A stretch of DNA of 64,000 nt from the human T2T-CHM13v2.0 reference genome, Homo sapiens, in the NCBI RefSeq assembly GCF_009914755.1, contig NC_060927.1. The stretch is one strand, 5' to 3'. Every line of letters begins with the position of its first letter. Position 1 is the stretch's first letter. Below are positions 25,900 through 37,983 of this stretch, in pieces. The notes beneath the pieces were generated by a model. The model did no database searches. It had not been told where the DNA came from and worked only from the letters and a program-made list of their open reading frames with translations. The position numbers and the translations under genes were made by a program.

Positions 25900-27200
25900 A
25901 TTTTGATCCCTTAGTGCCAGTGGAATAGAAAAGAAGGTGTCGGCAGGGTTGAAGGCAGTATACCAAGTATCAATAGTCTATGATAGATTCAGTTATAATC
26001 ACTATGTCTAGAACATTAGAACAGCCAGTTTATAGGTGAAATAACTGAATTCAATTGATCATCATCTGCCAGCTCACTTTTACTGGTCATGCAGGGCTTT
26101 TGTTTCAATATACGACATCTCTTACTACCCCTTACTACTAGTAAGAGATGTCGTATATTGAAACAAAAGCCCTGCATGACCAGTAAAAGTAAAAGTAAAA
26201 GCTACTTTCATTTCCTTAATCCAAGCTCTCATTTTTCTTTCTTTTCTTGTGATTCTATATAGTTTTGGTTGGACTACTCAAGAAAAGACCAAGAGGGGGT
26301 TTGATGACAGATTTATAGGTCTAACTATCACTTTCTACACGTGGCTTTTCAAGATTCAGAGAATCACTATACATTCAGCAGTGGAAGCTACAATGTTAGT
26401 TAACAAACAGGCCCAAATGACCCTACACAGGTCTCTTTCCCCATCAGTTGAAAGCAGGTACCCCCCTTATAGGTCCTGTTCCCATGGTGACTTTGGCATC
26501 TATAGCCAAAAGAACCATTAATGTTGGATTCCCTCCTCTCCTTTGCAGTGTGTTCACATGGATGCATGAGGCCTTTATTCCCTCCTTTGGGGACAGGGAG
26601 ACCTTGGCCTCACCCTAATCATCATTCTGCTTAAAGCAGCTGAAGTATTAGAGAGCAAGTGAGGGAGAAAGTGGCTCTGTGCCACACACACACACAAAAG
26701 GTACATTTACATGTGGTTTCAAGCTGTGCTGGGACTGGTCATGGCTGAATAAAAAACACTTTAAATACTGTCTGCCTGCCTAAAGTCCTACATGAAGCAG
26801 CAAGGTCATCATTATTGCTACCATCTATGTCAACTTTGGGGACCTCTTGACTCAACAGCTGCAGACACATTGCTTTCTGCTGGAGCTGTAGTTTTTGCCC
26901 CTTTTTTGCTGACTCAAGCTTGCCAACACTTTTTGCTAAGGAACCCACCACAGTGAGGGCATTTCCTGCCACATTGTCAAGATAACTTCTCTGAAATCTC
27001 ACCTGTTTTTAATGTAACAGCTAGGAGAGTTTTCCAGGGCAACAGGGTTGACCACAAGAAATTCTTTATATTTATTTCAGTCATTTCTCATTCTTTAGTG
27101 GGTGACCTTTATTAGCATTATAAATTCTCTGCAGTATCCTCTGAATACTATCAGTCTGTCAATTTTGGGTGGAGCCTAATTTATCTGTCTTAAGGAACTC
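25900..27200 (-). mobile_element. Decayed class III (ERVL-like) retroviral internal region: gag end, protease and N-terminal RT
   Basis: Manual minus-strand translation gives collinear motifs: gag LLSQEVPKVDIDG (cf. ERVL HGVPRSEID); probable gag stop at 26615-26617; protease LLAIDAKVT (degenerate LLDTGAxxT, 26486-26512) and IVASTAECIV (cf. VVISPVPECII); pol VVQPKLYRI..IKEMKVA, SPA*PVKVSWQM and TWYTAFNPADTFFSIPL (25918-25968; cf. WYAAIDLANAFFSIP). Confidence 0.85.
26076..26190. repeat. Perfect inverted repeat: 52-bp arms with an 11-nt loop
   Basis: 26076-26127 is the exact reverse complement of 26139-26190; spacer ccccttactac. Confidence 0.98.
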
Positions 27201-27267
27201 TCCCTAAAAAGGCCAAAGCTTTCTTAGAGGACAGGAGCCTCTGCCTAGGACCCTAAGACATTATTTT

Positions 27268-27530
27268 AGATAGATAGTTCGAAGAAGGCCTCACTGAAGA
27301 GGTGATATTTTAGAAGGATTTGTTTAAATTGTGAACATGAACTGTGTGGGTATTTGGTGGAAGAGTGGTCCAGAAAGTGAAACAGCCAGTTAAAGGATCC
27401 TGAAACAAGAATCTGAGGAGTACAAGAGAAGAACAACAGAGAAGCCAATGTGACTGAAATAGTGTGAAGGAAGAAACATGTGGTAGGAAATTGTTTCCAA
27501 TATAATATTTAAAGGAAGACCTACTGGAAT
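27268..27530 (-). mobile_element. L2 fragment
   Basis: 'gaaggcctcactgaagaggtgatattt', 'ggaagagtggtccagaaagtgaaacagc..aaaggatcctga', 'gaagccaatgtgactg'. Confidence 0.75.
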
Positions 27531-27585
27531 ATTATAACCAAATAATTTATTATTATACTTCATCAGTATTGATTCATGTATCGAA

Positions 27586-27730
27586 GAGATCAAGTCTTGC
27601 TCTGTCACCCAGGCTGGAGTGCAGGGGCACGATCTCAGCTCACTAAAACCTCCGCCTCCCAGACTCAAGTGATTCTCCTGCCTTAGCCTCCCAAGTAGCT
27701 GGGATTACAGGTGTGAGCCACCACTTCAGA
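27586..27730 (-). mobile_element. Alu right-arm fragment without its poly(A) tail
   Basis: 'gtcttgctctgtcacccaggctggagtgcag..gattctcctgccttagcctcccaagtagctgggattacagg'. Confidence 0.9.
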
Positions 27731-28369
27731 CAAAAAAAAAAAAATTTGAATACTATACTTTCTCATAGTTTCTTACATATAACCTCTTACATTTATGTGT
27801 TTTGCCCTGTTCATCCCCTCCCCCTCTTTTTTGGTCTTACTTGTTATCTGTCTTCTAAATTACATCAATAGCAAATTATGCTTTACGAAGTTTAATATTT
27901 CTGGAGAACTCAGTGACACATTAACTCAGAGTGCTAAATACACTTTGTTCTAATATTGAAACCAGAAGGAAAATGCCCACGTCCTTTTGAGAATGTGGAA
28001 GAAGACTTCAGGTTATGCAAGGGTTAACCCTGTATGTGAAATAGAGGATGATTATGTTGGCCACTGAGTAAACAAAGAAAAGGAGACAGCTCTGCTCTCT
28101 TATTGTAATTGCAAATTTATTTTTTATAGTTTCTATTTTCCTTTAAACTGCCTTAATCTGTCTTCCTGCTGTGACCTATTTCCGGTAATGCATATTCAGT
28201 ATAAAAATAGTAGATCAAATCATATCAGAACTCAAGTTACTCCTTGTGGAGCAGAAATACGTACTTTTATACAACAGTGAAATCAATTCCCCTCATACTA
28301 ATTATTTAATTTCCATAATACACTGACTGTATTCTGCTATTAAGTATTCATATCTAAAACTTGTTTTGT

Positions 28370-28510
28370 AATATTTTAATAGTTCTTCCTTTAAACAACA
28401 CTGTGAGGAAATACAGTTACTATTTTATAGATCAAGCAATTGAGCAGTTGGAAAGTTAAATTATTGATCCAAAGCCATACAATGAGGCTTTGCGTATACT
28501 TGTAACCAGG
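28370..28510 (-). mobile_element. MIR fragment
   Basis: 'acaacactgtgagg..attttatagatcaagcaattgag..aagttaaattattgatccaaagccataca'. Confidence 0.6.
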
Positions 28511-28624
28511 GTGTCATTTGGCCTAACTGATCTTTTTAGTTCAAATGTGTTGATTGAATGAAAAATTAATCAGTCAAACTGACATATGACCAAATTGATC
28601 AACTACTAACATTGATCATTTCAG

Positions 28625-28880
28625 GGTGGTGTTTCTCGAACTGTGGCCCACAGACCATTTACAGACCATTTCAAATTGCATGCATGTATCAAAACCTCTC
28701 ATGTACTCCATGAATATATACACCTACTATATAACCACACAAAAAAATTAAAATTAAAAAGCTATGAATTCTGCTTCTCACCCCAAATATACAAATAAGA
28801 ATTTCCTGGGCTAGGGTCCAGGACTCTGCATTCTAAACAAGTATCCCAAATGATTGTTATGCATGCCAAAGTTTGAAAAT
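28625..28880. mobile_element. MER5-type hAT MITE containing an ~85-bp L1MA 3'-end insertion (~28676-28760, + strand)
   Basis: MER5 ends 'tttctcgaactgtggcccacagacc' and 'caggactctgcattctaaacaag..gccaaagtttgaaaa'; L1 end 'tgtatcaaaacctctcatgtactccatgaatatatacacctactat' plus A-rich tail. Confidence 0.75.
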
Positions 28881-29820
28881 GTGATCGTTTGTGGGCAGTA
28901 TTAGCGAAGTGCAACTGAATTACTTCCTAGGGTGTATCTAGCATTCAAATAAGTAGAAATCCTTGATGTTAATTAACTAAGCCAGGAAGGAGTAGAGTGG
29001 AACTGGCTAAAACGCTGATGATTCTAGACGCTCTTTCAGATATTCAATGCAGCCCCTCAGTCTACCTGAAGAAATTTTAAAATATTCTACTTTGATTTTA
29101 CATCTAAGAGATATCCCTTAGTGGTCAAACTGTGGTGTATGTATATGTATACGGCCACGTTAGGAAAAATAAAAATTTGTAAACTATTCAATATATTGTG
29201 ATTCAACTATTTAATAACACCACAAAATGTATAAGACAGGTAAATTTGCTTTTATTTAGTAATTGGGCCATGCAGTACATAATTCTTTCTCTTTCCAGGA
29301 TATTCATGATTCCCTACCTTGAATCAATGCCGCCATCTTCCTTTTAACTCAGGTAAGCAACAAATGCCAATCTAAAATTCTGCTGCATGATGCAAAAAGA
29401 GCTCCAATTATCATTTATCATAAAAATTCCCTTATTCACTGACTTAATGAATCCATACTAAGTACATACTGTGTTTGATGTAGATATCTATATAGTCTCA
29501 GATGTTCCTGCCCATCACTTTCATTTTCAGAAGATGAGCTTGACTTCTTTGCAATGAACATTGACGATAGCAAGAACTTCTGTTATTTTTTTTATCCACA
29601 TGCTGCCATAAATTGTAGTACAATTATTTCTGATTTCAAACTGTGAATTTGTTCTAATGCAACTCATATATCCAGGAACCTTTTAAGCATAACACAAATG
29701 TCATGCTTGCGGATACATGATTTCATTCATGAGAAATACCAGAACACAGAAAGCTGTGTTAAGTCGAACTGCCTAAAAATGAACAAAATACACTTAAACA
29801 CACATCTCAAATATTGATCA

Positions 29821-32687
29821 GGGGCGGGGCCAAGATGGCCGACTAGAAGCAGCAAGGTTCAGAGACTCCCATCAGAAAAAAAACATAATAAGCATGTGAA
29901 TCCTTCACCAGCAACCAACGTATCCAGGTTCTCTCATCAAAATTGACTAGAAGGCTGGGGTGACCCACAGAGAAAAGGAAGAGCAGTGTGGTGTGGTGGC
30001 CCACCTGACAGCCACAGGGGGAAGGGGAACCCTCTACCCCCAGCCAAGGGAGGCAGTGAATGAGCGCCACTACCCAGCCAGGGAAACTGTGTCTTTTCCA
30101 GGGAACTGTGCATCCCATGTATCGGAAGATGCCACTCTTGAACCCATGCAACCAGGGCCTAGCATCCCAACTCCAGAACGGGCAGAGCCTTACAGCTTCT
30201 CAGCTCGAATCTGCTTAAGCCTACTGAACTCCCAGGGGGAGATGACCTGAACCAGCTGCCCCTGCCTGCTGTCTAAGCCATTTGAGCTCCTTGCGGGAGG
30301 GGCAGCAACCAGCACTGGGACTGGAAATTGCCTAACAGGCTAAGCTCCCCGGGCGGGAGAGGGGCGGCACTCATTTATACAGCTCCAGGCTGTGCTTTTC
30401 CCCTGCTGGAGCCAGGGAGGCTGGGCAGCTTGGTCCAAAGACTTGTCCCCACAGTCCAACACACCGGCTGTGGCAGTCTGTGGCCAGAATGCCTCTTCAA
30501 GTCTAACCCTGACCCATCCTTCCTCAGTGGGTAGGGCTTCCCTGCAGGATCTCCAGTAACTCCAGCCAAAGGCTCAGAGACAGAATTCGGATCTCCTTGG
30601 GCCTGAGCCCACAGGGAGTGGGGTGGCTGCCGTCTCTGCAGACCAGCAGACTTAGCCTCTCCTCCTGGTACTTCTGAGGAATCCGGGAAGCCCAGACGAG
30701 TGGGCTTTCCCCCAGCAAAACACACCCTCTCCAACAAGGGACAAAGTGCTTAATTAAACGGGTCCTGCTCCCTGTGCCACCCAACTGGGTGAGATCCTCC
30801 GACAGGGGTTGTCAGACACCCTGTACAGGAGTGATCCATCCTACTGGCATCAGGTTGGTGCCCCTCAAGGTCAGAGGTCCCAGAAGAAGGAGCAGGCACC
30901 CATCTTTGCTGCTCTCCAGGCTCTTTGAGTAACATCCCCAGGCACAGGAGTGAATCAGATGAATAAGGCCTAAAGTGAACTCTCAGCAAATGGCAGCAGC
31001 CCTACAGAATATGGAGGGATCTATTTGAAATAAAAACAAACAAGCAGAAAGTAACAACAACAGCATCAACAACAACAACAGCAACATAAAAGGCCCCCAC
31101 AAAAACCCCATCCAAGGGACAGCAGCCTCAAAGACCGAAACTAGACAAACTCATGAAGATAAGAAAGAATCCATGAAAAAATGCTGAAAATCCAAAAGGG
31201 CAGAGTGCCTCTTCTCCTCCAAATGATTGCAATGCCTCTCCATCAAGGGCGCAGACTGGGAGGAGAATCAGATTGATGAATTCACAGAAGTAGGCTTCAG
31301 AAGATGGGTAATTAAAAACTACAGTGAGCTAAAGGATCATGTTCTAACCCAATGCAAAGAAGCTAAGAATGTTGATAAAAGGTTAGAGGAAATGCTAACT
31401 TGAATAACCAGTTTAGAGAGGAACATAAATGACCTGATGGAACTGAAAAACACACCACAAGAACTTCGTGAAGCATACACAAGTATCAACAGCCAAATCG
31501 ACCAAGTGGAAGAAACGATAACAGGGTTTGAAGACCACCTTGCTGAAATAAGACATGCAGACAAGAATAGAGAAAAAAGAATGAAAAGGAATGAACAAAG
31601 CCTCCAAGAAATATGGGACTTCCTAAAAAGACTGAACCTATGATTGATTGGAGTATCAGAAGGAGACAGGGAGAATGGAAACAAGCTGGAAAACACACTT
31701 TAGGATATTATCCAGGAGAACTTCCCCAACCTAAGAAAGACAGGTCAATATGCAAATTCAGAAAATACAGAGAACACCATTAAGATACTCCACGAGATCT
31801 ACCCCAGATTCTCCAAGGTTGAAATGAATGAAAAACTGTTAAGGGCAGCCAGAGAGAAAGACCAGTTCACCTACAAAGGGAAGCCCATCAGACTAACAGC
31901 GGACTTCTCAGCAGAGACTCTACAAGCCAGAAGAGATTTTTGGGGGGTCAATATTCAACATTCTTAAAGAAAAGAATATTCAACCTGGAATTTCATATCC
32001 ACCCAAACTTAGCTTTATAAGTAAAGGATAAATAAAATCCTTTTCCGACAAGCAAATGCTGAGGGATTTTGTTACCACGTGGCTTTCCCTGCAAGAGCTC
32101 CTGAAAGAGGTACTAAATGTAGGGAGGAAAAACTGGTACCAGCCACTGCAAAAACACAACAAAATATAAACACCAAAGATACTATGAAGAAACCACATCA
32201 ACTAATGCAAAATAACCACATAGCATCATGATGGCAGGATCAAATTCACACATAGTAATACTAACCTTAAATGTAAATGGGCTAAAGGCCCCAATTAAAT
32301 GACACAGACTGGCAAATTGGATAAGGAGTCAAGAAGCATTAGTGCGCTGTATTCAGAAGACACATTTCATGTGCAAAGACACACACGGCTCAAAATAAGG
32401 GGATGGAGGAAAATTTACCAAGCAAATGGAAAGCAAAAAAAAGCAGGGGTTGCAGTCCTAGCCTCTGATAAAACAGACTTTAAACCAACAAAGATCAAAA
32501 AAGACAAAGAAGTGCATTACATAATGGTAAAGGGAACGATTCAACAAGAAGAGGTAACTATTCTAAATACACATGCACGCAAAACAGGGGCACCCAAATT
32601 CATAAAACAAGTTTTTAGAGACCTACGAAGAGACTTAGACTCCCACACAATAGAAGTGGGAGACTTTAACACCCCACTGTCAGCATT
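29821..32687 (+). mobile_element. L1PA (approx. L1PA8-10) 5' portion: 5' UTR, ORF1 and ORF2 endonuclease; 3'-truncated
   Basis: Start 'ggggcggggccaagatggccgactagaagcagc' (YY1 site); ORF1 peptide MELKNTPQELREAYTSINSQIDQVEE; ORF2 start near 32231; EN peptide IYQANGKQKKAGVA..GDFNTPLS, after which homology stops. Confidence 0.95.
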
Positions 32688-33229
32688 CAGCTATGAAATC
32701 ATGTTTCCTCTGAAAATTAAAAATAAACAAACTGTAAACCTAAATGCCATTGAGACAATCTTTTTTCAAACAATATGAGGGGAAGGTTCACTTTCTCAAT
32801 ACATTTATCACTTCAACTTTGGCAACAGCTTCATTGTTCTTAAGGATACTATCCAGGCACAATATGCAGTGAAGCGGATTCTGATAATGACAAGGAATTT
32901 TTCATAAATTCTTAACATAGTCCATTGGGTTTATGTGGAATTGGTGAATTAGAAAATTTCTCTAATGTTTAGTTGTGTTAATTCCCTGAGGGGTTAATTC
33001 AGTGGTTTCATGGCATATATCACAAGATGAGATTCCCATGTGGCACAGTGAAGAATTGCAATGAATGGAATAAATCAGATGCCATATACTTTACCCTAGA
33101 CCTTAAATGTCCTTAAATTGATTACTATCTTTCTCAGCCATGTGACTTTTCTATAATGTTAATAATAAATACATGTTAGCGACCAAATCTATAAAATATA
33201 TCTTTCATTTCTAGTTGAGTGAATGTTTT

Positions 33230-33470
33230 TCAAGGAGTGGATATAATGGTGAACAACAACAGCCACAAAAACTTTATTTGAATCCTTATTTCACTATTTA
33301 CTAGCTGAGTGACCTAGGACAAATTACTTAAATGCTCTATTTCTTTATCAATAAAATGAGAATCAAATAGCTATTTATAAGGTGGCCTACAGAATAAAAT
33401 ATAATTGTGTATTTTAAGTATCTACTACAGAGGCTGGTATTTATTATATACACAATAAAATGAGTATCTT
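33230..33470 (+). mobile_element. MIR
   Basis: 'tttgaatcc..tttactagctgagtgacctaggacaaattacttaa..ataaaatgag'. Confidence 0.75.
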
Positions 33471-33864
33471 TATGATTTGCTCAAAATATAAGTTCATACA
33501 ATATAATGTCAAAATCATTTTGAAAAAAATCAACTGTATATAATCTGATTTATTTTTCAAATGTAAACATTAACTGTTCTTTCCTATTATCATATGAATA
33601 TGCATATTATAAAAATTTTCCACAACTCAGAAGTATAAGTAATAAGGGAAAGAGTCTTTGTATCATCCTCAAAATGATAGCCACTATTAACTATTTGCTG
33701 TAAATGCTGTCACATATTTTCTGAGTATATTTTTCTACAAAAATGAATGAATAAACATATACATATGTTTATTTCTGTAGCTTTTTATTTGTCATAGAAA
33801 ATTTTCTTTGTCATCTATACCACCCTTGTAAAATAACAAGAATACTTACTTGTATTTGCAACCT

Positions 33865-34231
33865 TGTTTTAGTCCATTTGTGGTGCTACAACAGAATACC
33901 TGAGACTAGGCAATTTATTAAGAAGAGAATTTTTTTTTTCTCGTAGTACCAGAGGCCGGAAGGCTTAAGCTCAAGGTACTAGCAGTTTCAGTTGTCTGAT
34001 GAGAGTTGCTCTTTGCTTCCCAGATCACACTTTTTGTTGCATCCTGCAGGGGAAACCAATGCTGTGTCCTCACATAGCAGAAGGCAGAAAAGTAACAGAG
34101 CCCAGTGTTGCCTGAAGCCTTTTTATGAAGAACTTAATCTCATTAATGAGGGAGGAGCCCTCATGGCTTGATCATCTCTTAAAGGCTCACCAACATCTGA
34201 ATTTTAGAGGGAGCACATTCAAACCATAGAA
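33865..34231 (-). mobile_element. MSTC/MSTD-type MaLR solo LTR
   Basis: 'tgttttagtccatttgtggtgctacaacagaatacctgagactagg', 'gagccctcatgg', 'cacattcaaaccatag'. Confidence 0.85.
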
Positions 34232-35092
34232 AACCTAATTGAAAAAAAAATTGTCTTTTTTGTAAGCAGTGCAAGAATTCCTTGGAAGAGGGAGAAGGCA
34301 GCCTTTGTTAAGAAAACGCTATGACAACCCGGCTGTAAGGTGGAGGGTAGTGACTAGGACTGAGTGTCAGACTGGCAACCAGAAGCTCTGAAGAAGAAGG
34401 CATCTGCTCTCCCTGAAAAGGAGAAGGACGTGGATGTTTTTGGAGAGGTAGAGTGGAAAAGGCTAGAAGCAAAGAAGAGGAACTAACGAGGCTAAGCTCT
34501 GTGTGTGTGTTGGTGTGTATGTGGTGGGGGGTGGAAAGCTGGCGGCCAGTGAGGGGGTTGGGAGAGAGAGATAGGGAAGGACAGAAAGAGAGGGAAAGAA
34601 TAAAAAGAAAAGAAGAAAGAAACAAAAAGAAAGAAAAAGAAAAAAGAAAGAAAATAAATAGGAAGAGAGGAAGGAAGGGATGGTATTGTAAATATATATT
34701 TTTGCATTTACTTATGTCATTATTTTATTAAAGGTTATATTTTCACTTATATATCATACCTAATTGACACTCTATTGTCGAATATGCTAAGTTATACTCC
34801 TTTCCTAGCATCCAAGAACTCCTGAAGAGCTTTGACCTCTTTTCTTCTATAAGAACTCTGTTCCAAATGAAAAGTTCAATATTTGTTTCCCTAATACATG
34901 GTAAAATCTCATCTTAGAACTTCTTACTTATATTTGACCACACACTTGTGAATTTAAATTTTATACATTTCTATGAAATTCCCTGAATTTAAATTCTGCC
35001 TTCCCTTAAAAGCTGTTTGAGGTTTACTATCTCTATGAGGCCATAATTGGTTATTTCCTCTCAAGCCATTTGTCATTTATCAAGCATCCTCA

Positions 35093-35917
35093 AACTTGTA
35101 AAGCAAAGCTAACTTCAGCCTTTTATTTTATTAAAATGAATTAATCTAAAAAATTATTTGAAGAGTGGATCAACACAAGCACTTCAAGAAGTGTAGTTCA
35201 ATTTAAGCATTAATTGGGGGTCTGGAGTAGTGGCTTAAAGCCACTACCATGGTTTGAGAATGCTTGTTGTCATATTCTATGCATTCCTTATCTGAAAAAC
35301 AGGATTATAAGTGCCTGAAGTTAGGAGCCTCCCCCTTATGGTCAGCACTTATCCTGGAACTCACTCTGTGAAAGTCTACCATAAATATTTTTAAATGTTC
35401 ATGTTTTGAATATTTTAAAGAATTTCACAAAGAAATCATATCCCCAAATTCTACACCATTATGATTTCCCTCAGAGAAAAATTCTGAATTAAATACTAGT
35501 TTATACATTTCCTGTTATAAGCCCAGGTACTGAAACTAATGATTAAGAAATATATTTAGTGCCTATTGGGTGCCAGAGACTGTGCTAAACCTTTATATAA
35601 TCAGTGTATTTAATCCTTATAACAATCAGAAGATAGGTAGTATTATTTACTGAAATTTAATGTTCAGTATACAAAGATCTAAAAAAGCATAAATAACATA
35701 TATACCTAAGGACATATAGCTGGTAAGTAGTAAAGTTGGGAATTAAATTCAGAATTGTTTTACTCCAGCTTTAAGCCACTACTCCAGACCTCCAATTAAA
35801 TGCTTAAATTGAACTGCACTTCTTGAAGAACTTGTGTTGATTCACTCTTCAAATAATTCTTTAGATTAATTCATTTTAATAAAATAAAAGGCTGAAGTTA
35901 TGTTTGCTTTACAAGTT
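35093..35917. repeat. Inverted duplication: arms 35093-35241 and 35768-35917 (~150 bp, ~94% identical), 526-bp spacer
   Basis: Manual alignment of the left arm to the reverse complement of the right arm: 8 substitutions and 1 indel. Confidence 0.95.
35550..35790 (-). mobile_element. MIR
   Basis: 'gtgcctattgggtgccagagactgtgctaa..atttaatccttataacaa..cctaaggacatatagctggtaagt'. Confidence 0.8.
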
Positions 35918-37983
35918 AGTTTAATGAAGAAATAGCCTCTTGAAAATCCTCTAGGATTTTAAATAAACTCTAGGTCAAAACAGACAAATTAGCATAACAT
36001 TCATATTAATGCCTCTGAAAGAGTGTTACAGAAGAAGTCAATGCTTTGGAATCTATGCAATGCCAGATATATTATTTTCAAAGGGGCTTTGGTTACTCAT
36101 TACAGTGATGGATGACTGTGATGAAAATATCAACATATGCCCAAGTCTTTCCTTCAGTGTTTCTCCAATAAGCATAACACAGTGACACACAATGAAGATT
36201 ATTTAATGAGACTGGCAATGGGATTATTTGCTAAAAGTGTAAGTAAATTTGATTTTCAAATCACACAGTCTGACATTCCTTGTGACATTATCTACTGATT
36301 TTATTTGACCTTGCCATTGTTAGAATTAAGAAATGTCTGAATAGACAATAACCAGTTCAACAATTTTCAATACATCGATTGTACCTCATTGTAAGATAAA
36401 TTCAGAGACCCAAGGGAGACAATTTTGTTTAAGAAGAAGTATAAGACTAATAGATTAGATATAGATGGTCTTTAATATACTATATACAGTGTAGAATTTG
36501 TGATCACAGTTGTTAAAGTTATACTTACACAACACACAAACACTTCAAATTTGAGAAAGTGTGAACATAAAAATCCAGTTAATTTAAGAATATGATAAAA
36601 AATGTAGTAGATATAATTTTTTGGCCTATGCTATGGTCCAATTTGCCCAAACATCACACATAAGTGGGTTGAGCTTGCAGGTACTCAAGAGAGTAAGTAG
36701 TTAGCAATGTTGTGCATATTTTGCATAAATAACTATATTTTCTAAGTAATACCTCACAAGGTTTTGTTCAAAGGGAGATTGAGCAGGAACTAGAAGATAG
36801 CAGAACCAGCATTCAAAGTGGACTTCAGAGTTCATGCTTGTGACTCCTCTGTGATGCTCCCTCATCTGAATAAAATTTAGCTAATCACTGTTTTCAGAAC
36901 AAGACCATCCTATATGTTCAAGTAATTCAGCCCCCTATTCATCGGTCAGTATTCTACCTTTCTGGACTCTCTTGCTTTTGCACAGCAAATATTCTGGAAT
37001 ATTGAATTGTGAGAAAAGGCAAACTATCTCCCAATGGGACTCTTGAACTGCAACCCTAGTCAGGCAGGACACTAGTCATAAAGTCTCTTAAAACTCCAAA
37101 TTAATATTGGAGTAATCAGTTAGACTATGAGGCAAGCTTGGAAGAGCTACCTAATGCTTCAGCTGTAATTACTGCCTTTCCACCATGTAACTGTGTGATC
37201 TTGGAGAACTTAGATTTTCTTTCCTGGCCTCAGCTCAGTACCTGATATGGATAAAAATGATATGGTTAAAAAATCTTCTGTTTCTAAAAGGATCTCAGTG
37301 CTAACAAGGCTAACGTGGGACCAAATTGAGACAGACAGAATCCTTGTTATACTTGCACATGTAATAATTGGAGAATAGGTTGATAAATATATTTCTTATT
37401 TTTTCATATAAAAAGAAGAAAATTATTCTCTGTAGGATTATGATCTGGTTACATTAATTTTTTGGACAAAGGAACTTACAAGGGGTATGCTTGCTTCTTT
37501 AAGTGCAAGGAGATAATAACTAATTTAAATATGTGAAATAAATAAATTAGTTGAGAAATTATTACTGAGAGCAGTTCTCCCTGGTATTTTGAATCCATGA
37601 TAAAATGCAGTTTCTATCTCTAAACAGGAAGCAGTTGTTTAGCCAGGTTTTTCACAAAATGTATGTTCACAAAATGCTGCAGAAATAGAAACAGTCTTTT
37701 CCTTATGGAGAAAAATGTTAAATATAGTTACAGTGATGAGAGCTATATCAATACATCAAGATAGTTCAGGTTTCCTGATTTCCAGAAAGATGGGAAGCCT
37801 AAAGCAAATAATACATAAGTGAAGTCAGAAAAAAAACCATTATTATTTAGGGACATTTTCATCTGAAAAATATTGTTCACTCTTCCACAAATCATGACTA
37901 TTTTGTGAATAGCAGTTTTTTGCCTGTTGTGTTGATCAATTTATCACTAAGATTCTTTCTCACCCTTCATTCCTATTAGTAAG

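Noticed and set aside
26076-26190. Hairpin as a MITE (MADE1/MER type) or as a named miRNA
   Set aside because: No TIR/TSD signature, one arm is native ERV pol sequence, and I do not recognise it as any known miRNA
32299-32778. 159-aa ORF with endonuclease motifs
   Set aside because: Broken L1 ORF2 fragment reading through into flanking DNA; counted under the L1PA
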